Source: Chrysemys picta bellii
Lineage: Eukaryota
Direction of reading: 5' to 3'
Assembly (NCBI RefSeq): GCF_011386835.1
Contig: NC_088802.1
Coordinates: forward strand, 3,286,001 to 3,350,000
Length of the DNA: 64,000 nt
Position numbers and translations under genes: made by a program. The notes beneath the pieces were generated by a model. That model saw nothing but the letters and a program-made list of their open reading frames with translations. It made no database searches and was not told the DNA's origin. Below are positions 22,501-33,736 of this stretch, one piece after another (positions within the stretch are counted from its first letter, which is position 1; each line of letters begins with the position of its first letter).

Positions 22501-25500
22501 GGAGCACAGGGGGGCTCAGAAGGGGGTGCTGTTCTGAGGGGCAGGGGACTCAGTAGTGCTGACTCGGTAGGTTCCGGTGGGTTCTGACCCCCCGCTGTTC
22601 TCTGCCTCCCAGCGACGAGGAAGGTGGTGAGATCCCTGATGCCCCCTGTCCCTCCCTGCGCCTGAGCTACGGCAGCGAGCGGTCCCCCGGCCCGCCGGAG
22701 AACGGAGTCGCTGCCCTGGGTACCGAGCAGCCCAGGGCCACAGGGGTGGTTGGGACGGACCCGGAGCCTGCGCTGGCCGCCTGCCACTTGGTCAAGGGGC
22801 CTGGCCACATGGGCATCGCCTCGGGCACGGGGCCGGGAGCAGCTGTCAGGGGCCTGGGGAACGGTTGCCCTGCTGCGGTGGGCAGCGTTACAGATGTGGA
22901 GGAGGAGGTACAGCATCCAGATGTTGTGCAGAAGAACCATGGACCTGCTCTCTTGGGGGACAGCGATACAGATGAGGAGGAGGCTGTGGAGAATCTAGAT
23001 GTTGTGGATCCAAAGTGCCACCCACCTGCCATTGAGATGGGCAGTGATACAGATGTGGAGGAGGAAGCAGCACAGAATCCAGATGTGCATCCAAAGGACC
23101 ATCAGCTTGCTGGAAATGGGGACAGCGATACAGATGTGGAGGCACCACTGGAGAATCCAGATGTACTGCAAGGAATGAAGAGCCAGCGTGCTGCCCCTGG
23201 GGACAGCGATACAGATGTGGAGGGGGTTGGTGTGAATCCAGATGTGGGTCCAACGAGCCATCAGCCCAGCATTGAGGTGGACAGTGATACAGATGTGGAG
23301 GAGGAGGCAGCAAATAATCTAGATGTGCAGAAGAACCATCGACATACTGTCCCTAGGGGCAGAGAGACAGATGTGGAGAGGGGAGTGGAGAATCCAGATG
23401 TGCATCCTAAGAGCCATCACTCTGCCAAAAATGGGGAGAGCGATACAGATGTGGAGGAGGTTGCAGAGAATCCAGATGTTGTACAGAAGAGCCATCAGCC
23501 CGCCATTGAGGTGGGCAGTGATACAGATGTGGAGGAGGAGAAAGCAGAGACTCCAGTGGTTGTACAGAACAACCATCAACTTGTTTCCCCAGGGGGCGGA
23601 GATGCAGATGTGGTACGGGTGGTGGGAAAACCAGATGTGCGACAAACGAACAATGAGCTTGCTGCCCCTGGGGACAGTGATACAGATGTGGAGGAATCTG
23701 ATAGAAATCCAGATGTTGTCACAGCAAAGAGCCATCCCCTTGCTGTTGATGTGGGCAGTGATACAGATGTGGAGGAAGAGGAGGCAAAGAATCCAGATGT
23801 TGTAACGAAGCATCAACATGCTCTCCCTGGAGACAGAGATACAGATGTGATGGGGACAATGGGGAAACCAGATGTGCATCCTAAGGGCCATCGGCCTGTA
23901 GAAAATGAGGACAGCGATACAGATGTGGAAGACTCCATGGGGAATCCAGATGTTGTACAGAGGAGCCATCAGCCCACCGTGGAGGCAGGTGACGATACAG
24001 ATGTGGAGGAGGCTGAGGAGAAATCAGATGTTGGACGACAAAGCAACCCTTTGCCTGTTGCCACTGGGGACAGCGATACAGATGTGGAGGAGAATCCAGA
24101 TGTTGGCCAACAGACGCTCCACTTGCCTACAGCCAGTGGAGACAGCGACACAGATGTGGAGGGGGCTCCCGGGGTAGAGTTCGAGCAGGAGCCAGGTCCT
24201 GTCGGGGGCCCAGCCCAGGCGGGTGGGGAGGAGCCACCTGCTCCCCAGTCCCATGTCAGCCCAGAGACCAAGTTGATGGACACCGAGGGGAACAAGGAGC
24301 CAGCGTGGGGACCAGCCCAGCCTGGAGACGACAGCGAGACGGATGTGGAGGGTAAATCTGGGGGAGACAGGCCCTGCACTCTTGTCCCGGATGCCTGGGT
24401 CCCGTTCCCTGCCCCGGTGTCCGGCTTCCTAGGGGTGAGCACCCTGCACTGCCATCCCGGACGCCTGGGTCCCGTTCCCTGCCCCGGTGTCCGGCTTCCT
24501 AGGGGTGAGCGCCCTGCGCTGCCATCCCGGACGCCTGGGTCCCGTTCCCTGCCCCGGTGTCCGGCTTCCTAGGGGTGAGCGCCCTGCGCTGCCATCCCGG
24601 ACGCCTGGGTCCCGTTCCCTGCCCCGGTGTCCGGCTTCCTAGGGGTGAGCGCCCTGCGCTGCCATCCCGGACGCCTGGGTCCCGTTCCCTGCCCCGGTGT
24701 CCGGCTTCCTAGGGGTGAGCGCCCTGCCCTGCCATCCCGGACGCCTGGGTCCCGTTCCCTGCCCCGGTGTCCGGCTTCCTAGGGGTGAGCGCCCTGCACT
24801 GCCATCCCGGACGCCTGGGTCCCGTTCCCTGCCCCGGTGTCCGGCTTCCTAGGGGTGAGCACCCTGCACTGCCATCCCGGACGCCTGGGTCCCGTTCCCT
24901 GCCCCGGTGTCCGGCTTCCTAGGGGTGAGCACCCTGCACTGCCATCCCGGATGCCTGGGTCCCGTTCCCTGCCCCGGTGTCCGGCTTCCTAGGGGTGAGC
25001 GCCCTGCACTGCCATCCCGGATGCCTGGGTCCTGTTCCCTGCCCCATTGTCCGGATCCCTATGGGTGAGCGCCCTGCACTGCCATCCCGGATGCCTGGGT
25101 CCTGTTCCCTGCCCCATTGTCCGGATCCCTATGGGTGAGCGCCCTGCCCTGCATGCTGGGATGGGATCAGGCGCGTCGGTTTCACCTGGAGTTTCCGCTC
25201 TCCTTCCCCTTCCCAGATGACGCTGATTTTGCCCTGCAGGCCACGCAGTGCTACCTGGTTGAGGAGACCCCGTCCTCGGGGGCAGAGGCCGCCAGAACCC
25301 CCGCGGCAGCAGGTGGGACTCCTGGGTTCCATCTCTGGCTCTGGGAGGGGAGTGGGGTCTAGCGGTTAGAGCTGGAGGGGGGAGCCAGGACTCCTGGGTT
25401 CTGTATCTAGCTCCATCTTGCTGTGTGACCTCTGGCATGTCCCTTCCCCTTTCTGTGCCTCAGTTTCCCTCCATGACCTAGAATTAGTCCCTCCCTCTGG

Positions 25501-28500
25501 GCAGGCGATCTGTGGGGTTGTGTGGCCGTGAGCTGTGAAGGATCCTGGGTAATTCCTCTTTCCACAGATTCAGGGAGCGGCCTAGAGGAGGAAGCCACCC
25601 AGACGTTTGTCTTCAGATCGCCCCTGCCTGCAAAAGGTGAGTTGGGGGGAAATCCAGCCCCCATGATCACAGCCCCCCTCAGTGTCTCCTCCCGGGGGTG
25701 GCTCCCTCTGGTGGCCAGACAAGGCAGCTCCGTTTCCATGGCCCTACTGGGCTGAGAACTCACCAATGTATGTATTGTTCACCAGAGGGGCAGAGTTAGT
25801 GACCCCCCCGGGGGTGGGGCCTCAGACAGGGTGGAGTCAGTGACCCTTGGGGGCGGGGCCTCAGGCAGTCACCCTTCCCCCACCAATTCCTGCTGTCACT
25901 CTGATCCCTTCGCAGGGTCCGTGATGTCGCCCCCTGCTGGCCCAGCCCTGCACCCTCCAGGTGAGCACAACGGGCCCCTCGCTGGGGTTGCGGCGCTCAG
26001 GGAACGGGGGCTTGGGGGGGGCAGAGAGGAGACCTGTCTAGAGCCGCCATCTTGGATTTCACGGTGGGGTGGTGGAGGAGGGGTTGCTAAGGATTCCGGG
26101 AAGCGCGAGAGCTGCCGCCCTGACTGGTCTCCCCACCTCCGTGCCAAACTGGGCCGAGCCACCCAGTGCTGACTGGAGTGATTAGAGCAGGGGGCTGGGA
26201 GCCAGGACTCCTGGGTTCTCTCCCCGGCTCTGGGAGGGGACTGTGGTCTAGTGGTTAGAGCGGGGGGGCTGGGAGCCAGGACTCCTGGGTTCTATCCTCA
26301 TCTTCTTCCCCTCTCTCCTCCCCACCCTCAGTCTGCACCTCTTCAGAGAAGGAGGAGGACTCGGACGAGGATCTGTACGTTGTGGAGGCGACTCAGTCGT
26401 TCTGCGAGGACCCCGGGCTCCACTCGGACCAGCCCACCCAGCCCTTCATCCCCGAGGAGGACACCCAGCTGCTGCCCCGCCCCCCGCCACCAGGGGGAGC
26501 CCTGTCTGAGCCCGCCGTACCCGCCCCGGCCTCTGGGGGGCTGCTGCTTGGCACCCAGGACCCCGCAGTTGCTCCCCTCAGCCCCAAGGAGGAGTCAGAG
26601 CCCCCTGGCGGGGCACTGCCAGCAGGGGGCGCCGGGAGGGAGCCGCCGGAGGAGGAGGAATCCCAGCCCGTGCGCCTAGTGCTGAGCGCTCCCCGCAGGC
26701 CAGCCCTGGCGCTGCAGGGCGAGGGCGGGTGGGCAGGAGCGGAGCCCGGGGGCAGCAGCTCTGGGCAGCGCCTGAGAGGGCAGGGTGAGTGTGTGACACG
26801 CCTGGGGCGACATGCCCCGTGCTGTGTGTGTGCGACATGTCCAGTGCGACCGTGCTCTCTGTGTGTGAATGTGTGTGTGACACGCCTGGGGCGACATGCC
26901 CGGTGCTGTGTGTGTGCGACATGTCCAGTGCGACCGTGCTCTCTGTGTGTGGATGTGTGCGAGACACACCTGGAGTAGTGGTGCTCTGTGTGAGACACTG
27001 TGTGTGTGTGAGACACTGTGTGTGTGGGTGACACTGTGTGTGTGTGCAAGTGACACCTTTTGCAAGGAGGGGGGGTGTTGCTGGCAGTCACATGATGTGT
27101 CTTGGCGGGCAGCGACATCTAGTGGCAATGAAGGGAATTGCAGTAGCTGAATGGAATTAATTCATCCTCTTCTCCAGGTGGCCCGGAGGCTGCGGAGAGA
27201 CGGGCGACCCCAGCGGCTGTCGAGGTCACGGGGGCTGGGCCCCACCCCGCGGGGGCACGGCCTGAGGATGCTGGGAAGGTGAGCAGGGGCTGGCGCCCAC
27301 TCTTCAGAGCCGGGGACAGAACCCAGGAATCCTGGATCCCAGCCCCACAATCTCTTTCTCTCTCTCCCCCCACCCCCGCCTCCCCCAGGTCCCAGAGGCT
27401 CATCCCAGTCCCTCCACCTCTGTGAGGCGCCGAAGCCTGCGATCTGCTTCGGTTCCTGCTCCCCCACCGCCAGCCCCTGCCCTGGAGAGGCGGAGCCAGC
27501 GAGGTGGGGCGGAGAAGGCCGTGGGGTCCAGAGAGCCCAGCCAGCCCACCCCGGCCGCCCCCCAGCGTAGGGGCCGGCGCCAGCTCTGCAGCCCGGCCGT
27601 GTACATGGAGGCGCCGGAGCCGGGGAGTGTCGAGGAGGCGGAGCAGCCCGGCCCTGTGAAGAGGCCCAGGAGGGCGGTGCGGACTCAGGACCCCCCCACG
27701 GAGCCAGAGGCCTCGAGCCAGGGGGCTCCAGGCCGGGCCCGGAGATCTCGGGGGGCTGCAGGCACGGAACCGTCCCCAGCCGACGAGCCCATGAGGGGTT
27801 CGGGGGGAGCAGAGCCGGAGGTGTCGCAGGGCCGAGCCCGACGGTCCCAGGAGCCGGCCTCCAGGAGGAGGGGGGCTGCAGAGCCAGCCAGGGAGGCCCG
27901 AGGCAAGCGGAGAGGGGCGGCCACCCCGGATCCGCCTCCAGCACGAGGCGAGGGACAAGCGGGCGGTGCTGCGGCCCAAGAGGATGCTGGGAGCGACGCC
28001 AGAAAGAGGCAGGTGTGTAACAGGCCACTGGGCAGGACTGGCAGGGCTGGGAGAAAGTCCCCACTCAAGGGTCAGGTCCCACCCCTCAGTTGCTATGGAT
28101 GGGGCCTGGCCACTGGGCGGCGGGGCCTAATATGCTATGGGTGGGGTCTGGTACCAGGGGACAGGGAGTACAGATTGGCTAGGGTTGTTTGCAAAATGGG
28201 CGGGGTGTAATTTTCTGGGGGCGAAGCCTGATAGGGAGGGGGAAGTCCATTGCTGGGGTGGACTCGAGGGGCAGGGCCTCTCCTGCTGGGGGGTGGGACT
28301 ATGGGGGTGATCTAAGTCGCTGGGGGGTGGGGTCTGTCAAGGGGTTGGTGGGGAGATCTCCTTGGGGTGGGTGTGGTGGGCAGGATGGGGGGGGCTATAA
28401 GTGAGTCTCACTCACCCCATTCCCCCTGCAGGAGGCGCCGGTCCCCCCATTGCGCCGCCAGAGCACGGAGAACAAGGTGGAGGGGCTGCGGGCCAGGGCC

Positions 28501-29812
28501 CCTCGCCGATCCCAGGGGGCAGCCGGCGGTACGGCCTCCCCCAGGGTAAGAGAGCCCAGGACTGGGGGGTGGGGAGGGTGGGACACGGGGGCCCTTCCCC
28601 TCTAGGGGGTGCCAACTCCCACCCCACCCCAAGTATCTCCCAGCTCTGGGTTCTATCCTGGCTCGGAGAAGGGAGCATAGTGGGGACGACAGAGACTGTG
28701 TAGAGCCATCTATAGATTATATATAATCTGCCCCCCTCCGGGGGGACACACAGAGTTCTCCACCTTCTCAGAGGCGGTGGGCTCAGACTTCAGCCCTGGG
28801 GCTTCGGGCTCCGTCCCCCCCAGCTCCCCACCCCTTCCCATGGCCTCCAGGGTTTAATTTGTCGCAACAAATCTGCTGGGAAAAGTGATATTCGTCAGTT
28901 CGTTAATATCACATTTCACAGCAGACTTAGCAGCTCGCTGGGAGATTGTGAACAGTGATAGTAACAACAAGTGTCACTTCTCACAGCAGGAGACCACTAG
29001 CTAACAAACCAAAAACACCCCCCCCCCACCCTCCTCCAAAAAGTGCAAAGCACCTTATTTGTGTTTCTATTTTGTGTTGGTCCAGTAAAGAATAGAGGCA
29101 ACTCTACGTTATTTTTATTATTGAGTCAGGAAAAAATCCTGCATGAATCAATGACCGGGATGGGGATGTTTGGTGCATATTTATTTGTTTTTCCTAATGT
29201 TAATTAAGCGTTTTAGGAAAAATGGGCAGAGTGGCCACCAGCAAGGGTTGCAGGCCACCAAAAATGTGTCGTGAGAACCCCTGAGGAGGTTAATTTGTGG
29301 CCGTGGTGCTCTTGTGATGTGCTGTCTGCGGCTGTAGCTCGTGTACCTGTTGTGTGTGTCAATTCGCTGCCATGACACCCTGGTGGTCGGTTGTTGCTGT
29401 GGCCAGCAATTCCCCTCAACGCTTTATTTTTAGCTCCCCTCAACACTCGGGGTTTCCGTTGGGCTGTTTGTTCAGAGTCCAGAGGCCCCCTGCCCTGTGC
29501 TAACTGCTGGGGCCGACGTGGGGCAGGACACGGCCCCTCAGGTCCTCGCACGGCTGCTGAATATGGTGCAACTGCTCTGGAGTGGAAGTGGGTGGTCAGG
29601 CTGTACCAAGTTAGGGTGTGGGGGGCGGCTGTACCCCAAACTTTAACAGTCCTAATGGGAATGTACCAAGCCACAAGGGTGGGGTAGGAGAGGACTTTAC
29701 CATGGTGCCTTGCTGTGGGGAGGGGATGAGGAACCTGTACCAAACAGCCCTCCCACCCCACCCCCGGGAGTTGGGGTGGGAGGGGTCGTACCAAGTTACC
29801 CTGCCCAGGGGT

Positions 29813-29847
<35 letters not shown>

Positions 29848-32218
29848 TGTGAGTGAGGGGACCGTACCAAACAGCCCTGCCCCTGGTGGTGGGGAGGGGT
29901 CATACCAAGTTAGCCTGCCCCTGGGCGGGGTGGGGAAGGGACTATACCAAGCCACCCTGGTTCCGAGGGGCGGGGATGGGCTGGTCCATGCTGACTGTGC
30001 TCCCCTCCCCCAGGTGCTGTTCACGGGGGTGATTGACGAGGCGGGTGAGCGGGTGGTCTCGGCGCTGGGCGGGGCGCTGGCCCGGTCCGTCTTCGACTGC
30101 ACCCACCTGGTGACGGACCGGGTGCGCCGCACGGTGAAGTTCCTGTGCGCCCTGGCCCGCGGGGTGCCCATCGTCACGCTGGACTGGCTGGACAAGGTAC
30201 CGCCGGGGGGAAGGGGCAGGGTGTGTGTGTGAGGGGGGGCAGGGTGGAGGGAGTGATTGGGGCGATGGCGGGGAGGAAGCGACATTGGGGGGCTGCCCCA
30301 GGTGACGCTGCCCCCCCGTTCCCCTCCCCCAGAGTGGGCGCAGCGCCTGCTTCCTGTCGCCCAGCGGCTTTCTGGTGCGGGACGCGGAGCAGGAGCGAAA
30401 CTTCCACTTCAGCCTCGCCCAGTCGCTGCAGCGAGCGCGCAGGGGGGCCCTGCTGCAGGTGAGACCCCCCCCCCATCCACCCCTCTGACTCTCCTGGCAC
30501 CGCTCAGGGGGCCCTGCTGCAGGTGAGACCCCCCCCCCGTCCACCCCTCTGACCCCACTGACACCCCACTGCACCATGCCGGGGGGCCCTGCTGTTGAGA
30601 CCCCTGCTCCCCCACACTGTTCACCACGCAGGGGGGCCCAGCTGCAGGCTAAACCCCACTGGCTCCCCCCAGCATCCACCCCCCCACTGGCCCGTCGCAG
30701 GTGAGACCCTCTGAACCCACTCACCCCCCCACCAATCACCTCCCCACCATCCACCACACTGGGGGGTGAGGGGCGGGGCAGCTGCAGGTGCGTCCAGACT
30801 GATCCTCCCCACACACTCATGCCTTAAGCACCCAGGTGGACCCATCTGTGCAGGATGCCGCCTGCAGGTGGCGCTGTCACGAGCGCCTCGCCTTCGAGGT
30901 CTCAGCTGTGGACACATGGTCCCTGGGCTTAGCTGCCTCCCCTGCCCCTCACTGGCTCCGCCCCTTCCACAGGCTCCGCCCCTTCCCTCAGCAGGGGATG
31001 GGTCAGTCACAGCCTTGCCCCCCTCCCCCAGGGCTACGAGATCCACGTCACCCCCAACGTCAAGCCGGAGCCCGAGCACATGAAGGACATTATCCAGTGC
31101 AGCGGGGGGGTCTTCCTGCCCCACATGCCTCGGACATACAAGGTGAGGGGGGAGTGAGGGGCACCGGCAGAGCTGGGAGAGGGGCTGCGGGGCGGCAGTG
31201 AGGGGTGGAGGGAGGAGGGGAGGAAGTGAGGGGCGCAGGGGGAAGGGGGCTGCGGGGCAGCAGTGACAGAAGGGGCTGCGGGGCAGCAGTGACAGAAGGA
31301 AGGGGGGCTGCGGGATGGGAGTGAGGGGCACAAGGGTCTGCAGGGGGATTGAGGGGTGCAGGGGGAGGACGGCTGTGGGGCAGGAGTGACGGAAGGGGGG
31401 GCTGCGGGATGGGAGTGAGGGGCACAAGGGTCTGCAGGGGGATTGAGGGGTGCAGGGGGAGGACGGCTGTGGGGCAGGAGTGACGGAAGGGGGGGCTGCG
31501 GGACGGGAGTGAGGGGCACAGGGCTCTGCAGGGGGATTGAGGGGTGCAGGGGGAGGACGGCTGTGGGGCAGGAGTGACGGAAGGGGGGGCTGCGGGACGG
31601 GAGTGAGGGGCACAGGGCTCTGCAGGGGGTTTGAGGGGTGCAGGGGGAGGACGGCTGTGGGGCAGGAGTGACGGAAGTGAGGGGCACAGAGGGAGGTGTG
31701 GGGGGGAGGAGGGCTGCAGGCGGCAGTGACGGAAGGGGGGCTGCGAGGCGGGAGTGAGGGGCACGGGGAGGGGGGCTGTGGGGCAGGAGTGATGGAAGGA
31801 AGGGGGGACTGCGAGGCTGGAGTGGGGGAGGGGCTGCGGGACGAGGCTGGAGTGAGGGGGGAGGGGCTGCGGGACGGGAGGGAGGGGACTGTGGGGAAGG
31901 GAGGGGCACACAGGCGGGTGCTGGGGGTTGGGCGTGAGCAGGATTTAACCCTTTCAGGACAAGCGCATCATCATCTCCTGCCCCGAAGACCTGCCCCGCT
32001 GCCGACCCGCCCTGAGCGCCCGGCTGCCCGTCGCCAGCACCGAGTTCATCCTGACGGGCATCCTCCAGCAGGCTGTCGACCTGGCCACCTACCGCCTGGA
32101 CGGGACGCCTGCCCCGCCCCCGCCCAGCGCCACTGCCCCTGCCACCCGGGCGAGCAAGAGGAAGGGGGCGTCGGGTCCTGCCCCCGCCCCACCCAGGTCT
32201 GCCAAGAGGCGGCGCTGA
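19580..32218 (+). CDS. MDC1: Mediator of DNA damage checkpoint 1, 15 coding exons, 1526 aa
   Basis: Exons joined by hand with GT-AG sites and consistent phases: 19580-19706, 19975-20427, 21583-21661, 22613-24351, 25217-25312, 25568-25636, 25916-25960, 26332-26784, 27178-27278, 27389-28012, 28432-28545, 30014-30196, 30333-30458, 31032-31142, 31958-32218 (4581 nt, frame preserved). Has an MEQTQ N-terminus, FHA domain, SDT repeats, TQXF-like motifs and tandem BRCT (VLFTG...[19 protein letters not shown]). Confidence 0.93.
19975..20427 (+). CDS. MDC1: MDC1 FHA-domain exon
   Basis: [28 protein letters not shown]...GSLNRT...[13 protein letters not shown] carries the FHA GR, SxxH and N motifs and aligns with the human MDC1 FHA. 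Confidence 0.93.
22613..24351 (+). CDS. MDC1: MDC1 large SDT-repeat exon
   Basis: Open 1739-nt exon that starts (S)DEEG and contains 12 exact SDTD motifs plus variants. Confidence 0.92.
24385..25150. repeat. 70-bp intronic VNTR (11 units; 4 units at 15958-16230 in the other copy)
   Basis: CTAGGGGTGAG anchor recurs every 70 nt from 24429 to 24989, with variant units at 25059 and 25129. Confidence 0.9.
30014..32218 (+). CDS. MDC1: MDC1 tandem BRCT exons (30014-30196, 30333-30458, 31032-31142, 31958-32218)
   Basis: Matches the MDC1 BRCT pair ([29 protein letters not shown]) and ends with a basic tail (SKRK...KRRR). Confidence 0.93.
31300..31700. repeat. 94-bp G-rich intronic tandem repeat (~4 units)
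   Basis: GCAC anchor at 31328, 31422, 31516 and 31610. Confidence 0.8.
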
Positions 32219-32286
32219 GGGGTCAACAGGCCTTGACCTTGGACCCACAAGCCTTAACCCTGTAAATACCCCGCTTTTCTAGCAGC

Positions 32287-32308
32287 AATAAAGTCATTTT
32301 GAAATAAA
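32287..32308 (+). terminator. MDC1 polyadenylation signals
   Basis: AATAAA at 32287-32292 and 32303-32308, 70-90 nt after the stop codon. Confidence 0.8.
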
Positions 32309-32349
32309 AATAATGCGGCTAATATGGGGCCTTTTTCCTCTGGGAGGCA

Positions 32350-32680
32350 CCGGCTCCCTTCTGGGCCCAGGGCAGGGACTGGCTGGCTCAGGGGGGCAGG
32401 GAATGGGGCACGGGGCCTGTCCCATCTAGGGTGCGCCAGCTCCCATCTGGCCCCAGGGTGAGGACTGGCTGGCTCAGTGGGGCAGGGAATGGGGCACGGG
32501 GCCTGTCCCATCTAGGGTGCGCCAGCTCCCATCTGGCCCCAGGGTGAGGACTGGCTGGCTCAGGGGGGCGGGGAATGGGGCACGGGGCCTGTCCCATCTA
32601 GGGTGCGCCAGCTCCCATCTGGCCCCAGGGTGAGGACTGGCTGGCTCGGGAGCGGGGAATGGGGCACGGGGCCCGTCCCC
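32350..32680. repeat. 86-bp GC-rich tandem repeat (~4 units)
   Basis: GAATGGGGCACGGGG anchor at 32401, 32487, 32573 and 32657. Confidence 0.8.
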
Positions 32681-33736
32681 TGCTGTTGCATTGACGTCAC
32701 CAGAGTGTGTTCAGAAGCAGGGTGCTGTTGTGACTGATTGTTCTGTCCTGCACCTTGCACTGCCTGTGGTGCCCGGGTGGCTCGGGCCGGGGGGGAAGTC
32801 AGGCTAGCACTAGATTTAACCCCCCCCCCTTCTGTCCTGCCCATTCACACCCCACGTTGGCTCTGTAGGCCTCAGTTATGACTCAAGTGGTCAGGAGGCC
32901 GAAGGCCCCAGGGTCCCAGGAGGTGTGGGGGGGAGCAGCCCCGATGGTGATGCTCCAGAAACCAGTTTTTCCCTCTCAGCCATTTTCTTTAAGGACCCCA
33001 AGAGGGAGTGGGGGGCAGAGCAGCTCATCCCCTCGTTATTCTGTCTCCCAATTTCAGCTAATTTCCCACGCACCAAGTTTGGTTTATTAATTTTCAGTCC
33101 TCAGTTCCTCTTGGCTGCCAGGCGTGATCCCTGCCCAGCCTGTGCGTTCTGGCTGGAGGCGCGTTCGCTTTGGACTCATTTCGTTTTTCTGTTTCCCTTT
33201 CGTCTGCTTCCCGTCAGTGTTGCCGGGGGCTGAGGACGTTTTTGTGACTTTCACTCACAGTTCACAGCTGAGCTCGCAAGAAGGGTAAATGGGTTGGGCC
33301 CGTTACTGGAGCCCAGGACAGAGGATGGGCCTGGGTCCCCCAGCCAGCCCGGGAAAGGGGGTGTGAGGCTCCCCTGGACATAGGAGGATAAGGATGGTTC
33401 AAAGCCCTGCAAGGGGGGAAGGACCATGGGGCGACGGCCAGCTGGAAAGACGCTGGGTTTTGTGGTGTGACTAAAGCCTGACCTGGCTGAAGGGCCGAGT
33501 TGCAAGAAGAGACTAAAGTGATTGTCAGCAGGGGGCGCCGGAGAGGGGAGAACCATTATGCCATGCCCAGCCAGGAGGGGGCACCAGAGAGGAGAGAGTG
33601 GCTATGCCATGCTTGGCCATGGGGAGACGCACCAGCGGTGAGGTCACATTTCCACACAGGTGTTTGTGTGGGAACAGTGCCGGCATGAGCAGGGTTGAAA
33701 GACGAGGATCAGATCCATGTAGTGGGGAAGGTCAGT

